This document shows, in pieces, positions 1-13,200 of a DNA stretch of 64,000 nt. A program made the position numbers and the translations under genes. The DNA comes from Lama glama (lineage: Eukaryota): positions 27,158,001 through 27,222,000 of the forward strand of contig CM052818.1 in the NCBI GenBank assembly GCA_028534125.1, given 5' to 3'. The notes beneath the pieces were generated by a model. The model ran no database searches and had not been told where the DNA came from. It saw only the letters and a list, made by a program, of their open reading frames with translations. Position 1 is the first letter of the stretch, and every line of letters starts with the position of its first letter.

Positions 1-1009
1 GAACTAGGCGGTCCTCTTTTAAATTTCCACTCCCACTTGCTTTTTTTTTTTTTTTTTTTTTTTTGGGTAAGGATGTCTAAATTTTCTTTTCTAGCCCAAA
101 GCACACATTTTCAGTAGGCAAATTCTGCAATTTGAAATCCTGAAAAGTAGAAGAGAAACATCTAGATAAAATGGAAAATGGGAAATATTCTTTAAAACGG
201 ACTTAAGCAGGGCAATTCAATTTTCTTTCTTTTTCAAATGCTAGCGAACAGCTGGATTAAAACTACATAAAGAAAGAAAACTGTGCAAACACTACCGAGC
301 TGATTCTACTGGACTCTCACTTGTGGAGTGAGAATAATTTTCCTACATGTTTAAAGCTATTTTTTTGGTTTAGTTCGCTTCAGTCCTTTCTGCAATTTTG
401 GCAAGTTTAACGAAGTGACCGTAGTCTAGGCTGCTGGGAACGGGACACAAGATAATAATAGGGGGAAGTAAAACCTGACTCTTGTTTCCAAAAACTAATG
501 ATGGATAGCTCACATCTGAGTGAAATCTGCCGGATTTTAGTTATTTACATGTTAGTGTCATCAATTACATCGAAAGGATTCAGACCCAAAACATTACATT
601 AGCATATCACAGCATCTTAAAAACAGACCATAAAAAGTACATCTGGCATTCCTTGAGATCCAAATGTTTATTAGTGTGACAGAGCCTCCTCCCTCCAACA
701 GGGTAGGGGGAGCCCAGAGCCAGTCCTCTGCCCGCCGGGGACCCTGAACCCACAAAGCCCCAGTCCTAGGAGAAGAATCTCCCTGAGCAGCCTGGGGATG
801 TGTCCTTATTTAAGATTATGGTTTGAATCTTTTTTTCTCCATTTGGTTCTGCATTTAAATGATTTCTCAATCCTGTTTCTTCCTCCACAAAATCTTAAGC
901 CTGGGTCTGTGCGTGGTGAGGGTGTTTCTGCCACAGGGAGGGCACGTCCCATGCTTTGAGTCAAGGAAGGTTCAGAAATGGCAGCTCAAGCATAGCTAAT
1001 AATATTTCT

Positions 1010-1250
1010 ATTACTGTTAATAATAACAATGCAAATCGCAGTTTATCAAATACTTATTAATGCTGGGAGTGGTGATTAGCCCTCTGCGTGTATGAACTCA
1101 TTTACCACTTAGAAGCAGCTAGAGAGGTCAGTACCAGTACTTCCGTCCTACAGATAACAGAACTGAGGCTCCAAGAGATTCAGTGACTTTCACTCAGCTG
1201 GAAAGGCAAGAACTGGGATTCAGATTCAAGACTGTCGGACTCTGGTGCAA
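1010..1250 (-). mobile_element. MIR SINE
   Basis: MIR core-like acagataacagaactgaggctccaagaga...aactgggattcagattcaag. Confidence 0.7.
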
Positions 1251-1694
1251 TGTGCTATGTTAACACTTAGAGCTTCTTTTTTTTTTTTTCATTAGTTTAA
1301 TTTACTTTCTTGTGGTGAATAAGGCAGAATCAAATGTAAAGGTACTGAAAGCATATAAAGGGATACTCAAAGCGAAATGCAAACTGGAAAGCAATTATGT
1401 TTGTGGGGATGAAGAATTTTGAAATACATAATTCTGGTTGTACACCATTATGGATGGAGTTAATGTTAATGAATTAATTAATTTAAAATGATTAAAATGG
1501 AAAAAATGTGTTATACATGTTTACCACAATAAAAAAGACAGAGGGAGAAATTACCCCTTTAAAATAAGCAGTGAAATATCACTTTCTTTTCATCAGATTG
1601 GCAAGAATTATGAGTTAAGTATGGGGGGTGAACGGTGTGAAATATTATGTAGCAGCTAGAAGCAAAGAACCAGATATGGGATTTGAACAATGAT

Positions 1695-1895
1695 CCCCAG
1701 GCCAGATCACCTAGGTTTGACTGTTGGTTTTAGCACCTGCCATTTGGTAAGTCCCCTAACTTCTCTGTTTCTTAGTTTCTCCATCTGTAAAATGAGAAAA
1801 AAATAATAAAACCTGTCTCAAGAGTTGTGACAGAGGAATTAATATTTGTCAAGTTCTTGGGATCTTGCCTCATGTGAAGCAACTACTATATAAGT
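1695..1895 (+). mobile_element. MIR SINE
   Basis: MIR core: cctaacttctctgtttcttagtttctccatctgtaaaatgag. Confidence 0.75.
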
Positions 1896-1925
1896 GTTTT
1901 TTATAAAAAGAAAATGCATCAGCAC

Positions 1926-2527
1926 TACTATATTCATTTTCTATTGCTGTGTAAAAAATTAGCACAAATTTAGTGTCTTAAAACAGGACCCATTTATTAT
2001 CTTGTAGTTCTGTAGATTAGAAGTTCAGGCATGGTATGGCTGGGTTCTCTGCTCAGTGTCTCACAAGGCTGAAATCAAAGTGTCTACAAGACTAGGTTCT
2101 TATCTAGAAGTTCTGGGAGAGAATTCACGAAACCAGGTTGTTGGCAGAGTTCAGCTCTTTGCAGTTGTAGGACTGAGGTCCCTGTTTTCTTGCTGGCTAT
2201 CAGGCAGGGCTGCTCTAACTCCTAGAAATCACCCCACTTCTCATCGCATGACTTCCTCCATCTTTAAAACAGTCATGGTGTGTTGAATCATTTTCGTGCT
2301 TGGATTCTCTCTGACTTCCTCTTTTACAAAGAAGCCAGAGAAAACTGCTTTTAAAGGACTCAGGTGATTAGGTTAGGTCTACGAGATAATATTCTTAGCG
2401 TCAACTGATTAGTAACTATAATTACATATTAGTTACTACATAACAATATTGCTTTGCCATGTAACATAGTATCATCAGGCCCCTGAGCAAAGATCATGGA
2501 GGCCATCCTAGGGTTCTGCCTACCACA
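1926..2527 (-). mobile_element. MLT1 (D/E-like) ERVL-MaLR solo LTR
   Basis: Minus strand begins tgtggtaggcagaaccctaggatggcctcc; opposite end ctattgctgtgtaaaaaattagcacaaatttagtgtcttaaaaca is typical of MLT1. Confidence 0.8.
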
Positions 2528-2579
2528 ACTATTGATCTTAAAAACATTATTCTGAGGGAAAGAATGAGAAACACAACAC

Positions 2580-3028
2580 TGGGATGGTTAATTTTGTGTC
2601 AACTTGACTGGGTCACCGGGTGCCTGGATATTAGTTAAACATTGTTTCTGGGTGTGTCTATGAGAATGTTCCTGAATGAGATCAGCATTTGGATCAGTGG
2701 ACTGAGGAAAGCAGATTACCCCTCCCCAACATGGGTGGGCCTCATCCAATCCGTTGAAGGTCTGAGTAGAATAAAAGGCTGAATGAGAAACGAATTCTTC
2801 CTCTCCACTTCTGTCTTCGAGTTGGGACATTGGTTTTCTCCTGCCTTTGGACTTACACTTAGACTGAACTATACCATTAGCTCTCAGGGTCTCCAGTTTG
2901 CTGACTGTAGATCTTGGACTTCTCAGCTTCCAGAATCACATTAGCTAATCCTTTATAGTAAACTCTCTCTCTCTTTATATATATATATCCTATTGGTTTT
3001 TTTTCTCTGGAGAACCTAGACTATTACA
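2580..3028 (+). mobile_element. MLT2 ERVL solo LTR
   Basis: Begins tgggatggttaattttgtgtcaacttgactgg and ends ctattggttt...ctggagaacctagactattaca; internal (CT)n(TA)n tract typical of MLT2. Confidence 0.85.
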
Positions 3029-3084
3029 ATTACAGTTATGAAAAGAACACGTGTAAGTGACTATATCCTCAGCAGACCCACGGC

Positions 3085-3452
3085 ACTTCAGAGACTTGTA
3101 CCTGCTGTTCCCCAGGGTTTCTCTTGGATATCTGCGTGGCTCACATGCTCACCTTCATCACATGTTTGTTCAAATGTCACCTCTTGAGTAAGGTCTTGCT
3201 TGGCCACCCTGCTTAAAATAGCCCTACCCACACCCACCCCCCAGCATTTCCTTTTCTCCTTTATTTCCCCATAGTATTTATTACCTTTTAATGATATTTA
3301 ACTATTTAATTTTTCATTGTGCATCCTCCACTGGAATGTAGGCTCCCAGAGGGCAGGGTTTTAAAATCTGTTTTGGTCACTGGTGTATTCCTAGCCCTTT
3401 GAACTGACACACAAGAGGCATACATACAGTAAGTATTAACTCAATGAATGAT
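3085..3452 (+). mobile_element. L2 LINE 3' end
   Basis: aaatgtcacctc...gaatgtaggctcccagagggcaggg...aatgaatg terminus. Confidence 0.75.
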
Positions 3453-4449
3453 TTTCCAATACATTAGAATGCTTGCCTATGAGGGAAGGGAATGGGAGTG
3501 GAGAATTGAGATAAAATGGAATCAAAAACATTAAAGCAAAAGTCCTGGAGCCTTTTGGACCAGTGATGATGTAGCTGAGAATTGACTCAACCCTCCACAC
3601 CCAAGGGTGGCAGCAGGACAATACTTAGAAGACAGTCCAGTTGGGAGCCTCAGTGAAATCTTTGAGCTGCTTTAACTAAAACAAGAACACAGCTTCCTGG
3701 TAAGTGGCCTTGAGCTTGCTGTATGGCATTAACTGAACGTCTAGATTATTTCTAGTTGAGAGGAGAAATTGTGGTGTTCAGTTTTTCCTGCGTTACTCCT
3801 TGAGATTCTGTTTTGCCTGTAACTCACCGTGGTCGCTTGAAAGCAGCAGTTCTTTCCTAAATAACTGTTTGTCACTACATAAACTTAGTGTCCCAGTCTT
3901 GTACTGTATCCAGTATAAAAACTCAAATCTCTTTTAGAACATTCTCTATTGAAAATTTTTATTATTGCCATAAACATTGAACTTGATGACTCTTTAAAAT
4001 ATTGCCTCATTTTTTTTTCACTCCAGAGATAAAACTCAGAGAAATCAATGCACCCTTCATATCACAAATCCATTCTTTTATGTGACTTTTAAAAATACAG
4101 GGTGGCAATTTAAGAGTCTAAGTAATGAGATAGCCTTTTCAGGCACTTCTGATACTTTTACTGTGTGCAAGAATGAAACACAAGAGTTATACCTTTCATA
4201 ACACAAGCTCACTGAAATGTCTAAGGCTGTCTCATATTTGATGCAACATCAATTTTTCATAGAAATATGATTTGCCTGGAACTCTTTTACAACAGTTTGG
4301 GGACTTTTTCTCCCTCAACTTTGGTAGAAGCTTACTGCAAGGACCGGGTGTTAGTTCAGTTTCCTCGACACTGTTGAATATTACTGCTTAGTGCACGTGT
4401 TTTGTATAGTGTCAATGTGAATAGAAAATTTGTTAACGTAATTAACATT

Positions 4450-4734
4450 TAAAAAAACTGAAGTGTAGTCAGTTCACAATGTTGCGTCAATTTCTGATGT
4501 ACAGCATAATGCCTCAGTCATACATATACATACGTACATTCCTTTTCATGTTCTTTTTCCTTATGGGTTACTGTAAGATATTGAGTATAGTTCCCTGTGC
4601 TATACAATAGAAACTTCTTGTTTATCTATTTTATATATGGTAGTTAGGATCTGCAAATCTAGAACTCTCAAATTTATACCTTCCCATCCCCCTTCACCCC
4701 TGCTAACCATAAGTTTGTTTTCTATGTCTGTGCA
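4450..4734 (-). mobile_element. Cetartiodactyl-type L1 3' end, 5'-truncated, with TSD
   Basis: gaagtgtagtcagttcacaatgttg...tagttccctgtgctataca...taaccataagtttgttttctatgtctgtg. TSD taattaacatt at 4439-4449 and 4735-4745. Confidence 0.85.
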
Positions 4735-5429
4735 TAATTAACATTAAATTTATATCATCACTATCTGTCAGAAGCAAAGAGGTTATTACAAGGAAATATC
4801 TTTCAAAAAAATTGAAGGTGCCAAAATGGGAGTATGGAATAACTTACAAACAATAGACTATAGGTAGTCAAATTGCCAAGGAATGTAAAAGAGCCTCCAA
4901 AACTAGAAGAGTTCTTAAGAGTATATCAGAGGGAAAATTGATTAGAGATTAGATAGGAGTTACTGATTGTGATTCAAAATGTAGACTTCGTGGTGCAAAG
5001 GAGACAGTAGACCAATAGAATTCATCTTCTTCCTCAGGCTGTTAAAAAACAAAACAAAACAAAACAGGATGTTAGGAAGATTACTACTCCCAAATGCTTC
5101 CCTGAAAGAAATGAGCTGGAACCACTGTATCAAACATTGGACAACACCCACAATATTCCAGGCCAAACTGACACAAAATAAACGCAGATAAATCACTGTG
5201 ATTGCAAGAGCATAAAAGAGGTTCAAAGACCTAAAGAATGATTATTAGGAACTGGAGGCTATAACGTAGATCCTAGCGTTAAAAAAGGCTGCTGGTCTGG
5301 CACATTAGCAAAATACAAAAGTACCTAATTCAAAACAAGGGCTCAAAATGGTTGGCAAGAGATTATAGGCCTTATATCTCCCTTTTATGCCAAATAAGCA
5401 AATGGAATCTAAACTAAAGGGCTGGTTCA

Positions 5430-5830
5430 CTGAACACTCGTCAGCTGGGGCTCTGCTGATCTAAGCCGTGCTGTGCTGGGCTGTACAGCTCTGCTTCTCA
5501 GTGTGGGCCTGTGGCTGGCTAGGGAGCCTCTGTTCTACATATATTTATTTTGGTACCCGTGCTGCAGGGCAACAGCTGTGCGGGGGAAGAGCTGCTTCTC
5601 CCGGGAATGGCAAAGTCATAAGTGGGCAATAGGAAATTTGTGAAGGCCCTTAAGGTTTAGTCTTAGAACGAGTACACTGTCATTTCTTTTCTGGCCATTC
5701 AATTGGCCAAAACAAGTTTCATGACTAACCCCAAAGCCCAGGGGCAGGGAATGAGACTCTGCCCATAAAAAGGCTATGGCAAGGGTGTGGCTGGAAGAGA
5801 GGAGTGAAGATTTTTATGGTTAATACACTG
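5430..5830 (-). mobile_element. Old MLT1 (H/J/K-like) LTR fragment
   Basis: cactgtcatttc...cattcaattggccaaaacaagtttcatgactaaccccaaa resembles old MLT1. Confidence 0.6.
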
Positions 5831-5944
5831 GCATACCCTGTCAGTGTCCATGTTTGCCATTGTGTCTTTCTTCCCATATCTTCTCTCTGGATTCATATTG
5901 CTTCCTACTGATAGAAGTATTCAAGAGAATAAGAATTGGTGGAT

Positions 5945-6125
5945 ACTTAACATAATAAAATATACATGTATCCTAGTCCTAAAATCCATCATCTTACTTA
6001 AAGGGGAAACTCTAGAGGCATTTCCACTAAAATCAGAAACTCATTAAGGATACCTACTGTCTACTGCTATTCAGCATTGTACTGGAGGTGTTAGCCAATG
6101 CATTTCAACAAGAGAAAAAAAAGTA
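5945..6125 (+). mobile_element. L1 ORF2 (RT domain) fossil fragment
   Basis: Translation IILLKGETLEAFPLKSET and downstream FSIVLEVLANAFQQEKK resemble L1 ORF2 NGEKLKAFPLRSGT...FNIVLEVLARAIRQEK; interrupted by a stop. Confidence 0.8.
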
Positions 6126-6139
6126 AGAACAAAGTATGT

Positions 6140-6352
6140 CATGAATGCATAAAATAGGTGTATGTATAACACTCAAAATATGTGTGAATTGACTGTTTAT
6201 GTTATCAGAAGGCCTCTGGTCAACAGTGGAGTATTAGCAGTTGTGAGTTCTCATAAAGTGAAAAGATAGATGCAGATTTTTGACTGCAGGGGTTGCGGGT
6301 GGTCATTGACCGTAACTGCACCCACCCCCCCGTGTTGTTCAAGTGTCAACTG
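6140..6352. mobile_element. TcMar-Tigger (Tigger2/MER8-like) DNA transposon end
   Basis: Terminal inverted repeat cccgtgttgttcaagtgtcaactg followed by TA. Confidence 0.75.
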
Positions 6353-6545
6353 TATTTATTGAGCATTTACTCTATACCAGGCACCATTCTAAGCATTTTG
6401 CATATATGGGTTCATTTCATCTTCAAGCAACCCCAATGAGCAGCAATTATTTTAGAAATGAGAAAAGGGGAGAGAGGGGGACATGCCTGGGGACACAGAG
6501 TCAGGGGAACGGAGTCAGGGCTTAAACCCAAGCGGCCTCTCTCCT
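6353..6545 (-). mobile_element. MIR SINE
   Basis: atttattgagcatttactctataccaggcaccattctaagcatttt... Confidence 0.7.
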
Positions 6546-7844
6546 GCTGGTACTGTCTCCACCCCAGGTCTCTGAAGGATCAGTACAGAAAGTTACGTGG
6601 AAAAGATTGTTTAAAATCATAGAGCGGGACTTACACAAGTAAGGCCTATTTGTTGCCTCGAAGGTAATAATAAAGAACATGATCTGGAGCACATGCCTGG
6701 GCAGCCTTTGCTGATATTCCCACACTTAAAATTCAATTACAGAAGTCCTGACCAGATATAAAAGTGAATATTGGAAAAATCTTAATTTTTTTAAAACCAT
6801 AAACTAGTTGAGTAGAGATGTCTTGCTAACTGAGGAAAAACAGGACAAAATATGGTCTGGATGAGCTTATTTCTCTAATTTTCTAAATGCACAATTTGAC
6901 GCAGACCGGAGTGTCGGTGTTTCGGCAAATGGAGGTTTTCTATGGCCTGATTTGTCTAGTTATCTTTCCTTCCATCCCGCTATTAGGGTGAAGAAGCTTA
7001 ATTTAATATACAAGAAAGAAAAATGTTTTGCTTTCACATGTTCTCTGATGTATTAATGTAGAAAAAGATTAATTAGCATTAAAGATTAATTACAAAGCAC
7101 TTGAACTAAATGAACGCTAATTATGATGAAAGCTGAACATAACTACTTCATTAGCAGAACAGCGAAAATGATGAAAACAGCATGGGGAGGAGAGTGTGAT
7201 CCCAACCACGTGACAGGGGAGCACAGGCAGGTGGGCTCGGGTTCAAGACAGCCCGGAGGCCTGGTGGGCAGTGTCCAGACAGCGGGCGCAGTCACAGGCC
7301 AACGGCAGTCTGAGTCCAGAATGGGCACACTTGACCACCAGGTTCCCTGATTGAACAAAGTCACCTTTGGAGATGCTCCCAGGTATTTGGAAGCACTGAG
7401 TTACTGACACAACTGGACTGAGCAGGTGTTAGGGTGTTTATTTACCTCTTTGCTCTCTGATAGCTTCTACTCACTCTCCTTTGAAGGCTCCTCTTCTTCT
7501 GTCTGGTATGGAAAGTCCTGTTTAAAGAACAATCTTGTCACCCCATGTGCCCCCCTTCGTTTGTTATATTCATTTCCATAGACTTAAGTACAAAGTATGT
7601 GCTGAATTATTTCACATCTCTTTCTCTTGACTCTCTCTCACAAGTACCCCTCACCATTCATCATCACCGTCTGATATCTCACTGGCACTTCAAACCAAAA
7701 TGTCCAGAAAGAAGCTTGTCGTCCTTCTGAATTCCCTGACTGATTTGTGGTGGCCCCATCCACCCAGCTCAGCCAGTCAGAATCAGAGAATTGTCACTAC
7801 TCTCAATCCTGCCTCATTGTTTCTCTGTAAAAAAAAAAAAAAAA

Positions 7845-8025
7845 AAATTAATTGAGATACAATTCACATATAATAAAACTCACCCTTTTAAAGTATGTAA
7901 TTCAATGGCTTTTAGTATATTCAGAGTTTGCATCTATGACCACAGTCAATTCTAGAACATTTTCATCACTCCATGAAGAGCACCTCTTAGCCACTCTCCC
8001 AACCCCTCCTCCTCCCAGCCTCTTT
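7845..8025 (-). mobile_element. L1 (L1MB-like) 3' UTR fragment
   Basis: attgagatacaattcacatataataaaactcacccttttaaagtatgtaattcaatgg. Confidence 0.75.
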
Positions 8026-8319
8026 GTCTTTTATGACATTTTTGAAGAATGTAGTCCCTCCTCATTTTTATTTTAATAGAAAAATCTTCATTTTACATCT
8101 GCCTGACTTGTCCTCATGGTTAGACTCAGGTTACTCATTCTCAGTTATTCTATTGCTCAGGTGGATTATGTTGTCTCCCTTTTAGGGTACCTCATGTCAG
8201 TGGCATTTTGACAGAAACTGAAGCTCTTAATCTGAAGGGATGACATTTGAAGCATGATTTTCAGGATTTAGTGTTGGAGATACGGCACATTTTCTGCTGA
8301 ATTCTCACTTGGCCTTTTT

Positions 8320-8640
8320 TTTTTCATTCACACCACAAGGATTTACTGAGTATCTACTGTGTCCCAGACACTGTCCTAGTTGCTGAGAATACTGTGGCAA
8401 ACTAGAAAGGCATGATTTCTTTCCTTGTTGAGTTTATATTTTCATCAGAGGTTTAGACAAAAAACAAACAAACAAACAAGTACTGTAATGCAGATCTTGA
8501 GAGGAGGAAGGAAAATGCAAAGACGATGTGGTAGGTGGTGGCAGGGGGGCCGTGGGGCTTAGAGAGGGGCTAATTTAGTCATTTGAGCTGAAACCTAAAT
8601 GACCAGAAGGAACCAGGTACAATGGCCCTGAGGCAAGACA
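8320..8640 (-). mobile_element. L2 3' fragment
   Basis: ttcattca...atttactgagtatctactgtgtcccagacactgtcctag. Confidence 0.7.
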
Positions 8641-8759
8641 GGGAAAGGAGAAATTTGGAGTGAAATCAAGAAAACCTCAGAGATCCATTCCCAGGGTCAT
8701 CCTTGAACTTAATCACACCATTCTCTGCACAATTTCCAAAATATCAGCTTTAATTTCAT

Positions 8760-10120
8760 TCCCTGGCTGCTTTTTCTATCGTTCTATCTTACCTGCTTTA
8801 ATACCTCTGCTCCAATAATTTTTAAATAATCACTGAGATTTTCAATCTCAATGACCCTACTTTTTTTCCCCCATTTCCCACCACCCTCATGTTTGCATTT
8901 CTGTCCTTACCCAGGATGGGTTCTGGGGTCATGCACCCTAAACAACTCAACTCTTCCTCCATCATAATCATCTGACTGAATTCCAGCCGCGGCTAAACCC
9001 AGCTATCTGCCTCGTCCTCGTCAACACCTGAGCTGCTGAAGGCTGTCTGAGACGAGCACTCAGTATTCTGACTTGCGTCCCATTGAATTCATGGCCATAA
9101 ATCTCACAGGCAGTCAGCACCGCCCGCTGCTTCATCCTGCCTTCCTGTGTTTGCTCCTTCACTCCTCAGAAGTCTCTCTTACCTGCCCCTCTGTCTTCGA
9201 ACCGTCCATGTCTATCCCTCCCTCACAATCTCCACTGTCACCTGGAGATTTTGCCTCACATTTTCCATAGGAAAGAAGAACCAATCCAGCAGGAATGCTC
9301 TCATCTTTCCACAACCAACTCTACAAAATACCTGCATGCGTAGCTTCATCCTTCCTTTCGGTTTCAGAGATTCTGTCTGCCCCTCTACCGTCCCCTGCTC
9401 ACTGTCTCAGATACTCTGGTCTTGGAACTATACCTTCTTTGTCTTGCAACAGGCAATTCTCCCTCTCTTCTGAGGCATTCTCATCAGCAGTCCAACATGA
9501 TCTAAAACCTTCCATCTTGAAAAACAGACCAAAAAAAAAACCAAAACCTCCTGTGACTCCATATTGCCATCTAGTTACTGCCTCAAATGTTTGCTTTCCT
9601 TCACACACAAACTTCTTGAAAGCTATGTATGTTCACAGGCCCCCCTTTCTTACTCTCTCTCCCACTTTTCTTGTGGGGTTGGTCTTCACCACTCCTCTGA
9701 AACTGTTCCTGCCAACATCACCCATTACCTCCTCAAGGCCAAGTGCAACGGCCACCTCTCTGTTCGCCCCTTACTTGATCTTTCTGTGCATCTGACATGT
9801 CTTTCTTGAAACCCTCTCTTCTGGCGGCTGCCCAGATGGCATGAGGTCCCCCTCTCTGGTTTTCTTCTGCCTCACTGGTTACTCCTTCTCCATCTCCTCT
9901 GCTGGCACTTCCTCCTTTGCTTTCCCCCTATTTGTTGGTGTCCCCAGGGCTCAGTCCCAGGCCCTTTCCCCTGTTTTACTCTCTTCCTGGATGATCCACT
10001 GATTCCCATGCTTCTCCCTTCAGCTGTGTGCCAATAACCTTTCCCCAGCACATGAGGGTCTCTAACGTCAAGCTCTGGACTTCTGATACCAGTGTCAGAG
10101 AGGGTACTAGATCTGCAGTG
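8760..10120 (+). mobile_element. Long degraded L2 fragment
   Basis: Pyrimidine-rich strand with L2-like motifs (ccactcctctgaaactgttcctgccaacatcacc...aaggccaagtgcaacggccacctctctg; tgtccccagggctcagtcccaggccct). Confidence 0.7.
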
Positions 10121-11804
10121 CAGTCTCTTCCCTTTTTCCACCACAGTGGCTACCTGCCTGGTTAGCAAATTAAGATCTGGACTGGGACCAAAAAAAAAAG
10201 TATCCTTTGAAAGGATGACTACTTATCATTTAAAAAATGCCCCACTTTATGATTTCAGCATAGGAAAGCTCACTTCCTGCCACACACAGCCAAATGCATT
10301 GCAGTTTGTTTTAGTTTCAAGCTTCCTGGCTCTAAATTTAAAAGTGAGCTCAAGTCAACCAGAGTGCAGATTCTCTGTGTGTGGCCTGCCCTCCTTCTTT
10401 CCCCAATTTTGTAGTTGGAAACACCTTAAAAGGAAAAATCACTCCCCTTTTGGCAGAGTGAAGCAAGAATGTAAACCGCTTCTTATGCTATATTGAATGA
10501 AGGTATGTCATCACACTTTGTGGTTAGGAGTAAGCTCTTGAGAGAAAATGGGGGGAAAGAAATAGAAAAATATCAAAGCACATGCATAAAATCATAAAAA
10601 TAGAAGAGAGGGCTCTGTGAGAGCCTATTGGAAAGAAAAAGAAAAAGTTAACTGATCTATTTAGTTCTCATGCCAGATGCATTTTTAGCATCTCTAAGAA
10701 TAGATTGGTAAGAAGGAAAAAAAAATAGGCTTTCTCCATCAAGCTTCCCGGTCTCTATGGAATTCAGGTTGCTATTTATTACTCTTTGTGTCTTTGGACA
10801 ATTGGTCTAACCCCTAATTCAGTCCTCTTGTCTAGAGGACTTTTTTCTTTAGCAAAGTCCCCCTTCCTTCACCACGGACAACTGCCAGTCTGCCCTCCCG
10901 AGCAAAGGAGACGTTCTCCCTGACCCCACCAGATCCGCTCCCGTGTCTGCATAAAACTCTGGAAATCCCTGCAGAAGTGCCCATACATGGAGACTACAGG
11001 GTTGAGAAGAGCTGTAGTTATGAATCACCGTGAGATTGCTAGAAGGTTCCGGGAAGAGACGCAGGGAAGGGTGGCACCATGGAAGTTAAGATTAGGGAGA
11101 AGGGGCTGATGTACCTTTTTAAAAAATGTTTTTTTATGCCATTTTTCTGGAAAATGTCTCCATTATGCCTATTTCCCAGTTGCAGAGGTGGGTTTAGGGG
11201 TGAAGAAGGGAAGGAGAGGATATTTCTGAAGTAAGATCACACCACATATGTGTTTCACTGTCTCTGAAACAACTGGTCACAGTAGTTTATCATTCAAGTT
11301 TTGCATTTTGCAGCGACAATCGTGAGGTTATAATCTTTGAGCTCTATGCAAAGGCACATTAATTATTTAAGAGTAAAAGCCTTCCTCCCTTTGCTCTCAA
11401 AGACTTTTGCAAAGAGGCAGGCAGCATGAAGAAAGAGGTTGTTAAACGATGTTAGCCTAAGGGGCACGTGCAATAAATTCCTCCGCAGAGCCCATGGTGT
11501 GCTCGGCCAGAAAATAGGGTAACGAATAAGATTCGGAAGGGGTAAATCCATGCTGAAGTCAATGGCAGTTAAAATAAATAAATAAATAAAATATAAATAA
11601 AAAGAGGTGAGGAGAAAAATGAGGATGCACTGACCTCTTTATAAGCTCTGGTCATTTGGGGGCAGACGTCAAACTATGATCGAGCCAATGAGAGAAATTT
11701 GCTGTCTAAGAATGGTAATTACTGGAATGTGGGGTTTTACAAGAAGGGTGAGACAAGTATGTTGGAGTTCAGATCTCTTTTCCTTTCCTCTCCTTTTCTC
11801 CCCA

Positions 11805-12610
11805 CAGCTTTATTGAGATATAATTTACATACCATAAAATCTGCTTGTTTAACGTGTACAATGCATGGTTTTTCCAGAGTTGTGCAAACATCACCATAAT
11901 CTAACTGTAGAACATTTTTATCATCCTCCAAAGAAGCCCCAATACCAATTAGCAGTCACTCCCATTCTCTCCTCCCCCAGCCCCTGGCAACCGTTTGTCG
12001 GCTTTTGGTCTCTATGGATTTGCCTATTACGGGCATATCAGTCAAGTGGACTCATACAGTATGTGGTCTTTCATGGCTGGCTTCTTTCACTCGGCATAAC
12101 ATTTACAAGGTTCGTGCATGTTGTGGCATGTATCAGCGCTCCATTCCTTTTATGGCCAAATAACATTTCCTTGTATGGATGTACCACATCTTGTTTATCC
12201 AGTCAGCAACTGGTGGACGTTTGGGCTGTTTTCACTTTTTGGCTAGTGTGAATTTGAATAATGCTGGTGTGAGCATTCATGTACAAGTGTTTGTGTGGAG
12301 AGATGTTTTCATTCCTTCTGGATAGATACCCAGGACTGAAATTGCTAGGTCATATGGTAACTCTATGTTTGACATTTTGAGGAACTGCCAAACTATTTTT
12401 CAAAGTCATTGCCCTGTTTTCCATTTCCATGGGCAAGGCATGAGATTCCCAGTTTCTCCACATCCTCACCAACACTTGTTATCGTCTGTCTTTTTATTTC
12501 AGCCATCCTGTTGGGTATGACGTGAATGTCTCATTGTCATTTTGATTGGCATTTCTATAATGACTGGTAAAGTTGAGCATCTTTTCATGTACTTACTGGC
12601 CATTTTCTCT
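11805..12610 (-). mobile_element. L1 (L1MA/MB-like) 3' end with ORF2 C-terminal remnant
   Basis: ctttattgagatataatttacataccataaaa...catcctcaccaacacttgtta...gttgagcatcttttcatgt. Confidence 0.85.
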
Positions 12611-12989
12611 GTCTCTTTTGCCAACACACACTTGTTCATTATTCCCCAGTCTTGCGTCCTCTCCCCTCTTTGGACATCTAGCCCAAAATCTGGATAGGCA
12701 GGCCCTGCATTGAGAGGCCATTTTCTATGCTGAAATTCTCTCTCAAGGACAAGTTCATTACTATTGATTCTGAACCATTAAAATTACTAATTTTGATTTA
12801 ATTTAAGCTAATAGGCTTTTAGTAAGTGCTTTCAAGGTATTTATGTTCAAACTCGTGGAATATTATGAACTTACTGACCACCAGACTTGACATCTAATAA
12901 AGAATACAAGTTAGGTCCATCAGCAAGTATAAAATAAGAGAGCATTAAGTAAATTTTATAAGAAAAGTACTAAATACTGCTATCTATGT

Positions 12990-13200
12990 GAAGAGAAAGC
13001 CTTCAAAATGTGCTTACCCTTTGACTCAGCATCCACTACTAGAAATCTACCCCAGGGACATAATTACATATTTCCACAAAAGATTAGGTATATGGATATT
13101 TACCCAAGTGTTATTTCTAATTGTGAAGAAGCAAGTTCAATAGGTAGGTAAATATATTACCATACATTCATACTATAATTGTGTGTTTATTTAAAGTGAT
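12990..13200 (+). mobile_element. Old L1 (L1ME-like) fragment
   Basis: ccctttgactcagcatccactactagaaatctacccc resembles the L1 ORF2 C-terminal PFDPAIPLLGIYP-encoding region. Confidence 0.55.

Noticed and set aside
9073..10496. Cluster of long overlapping ORFs (up to 166 aa)
   Set aside because: Largely within a pyrimidine-rich L2 fossil; no coherent protein similarity or exon structure.
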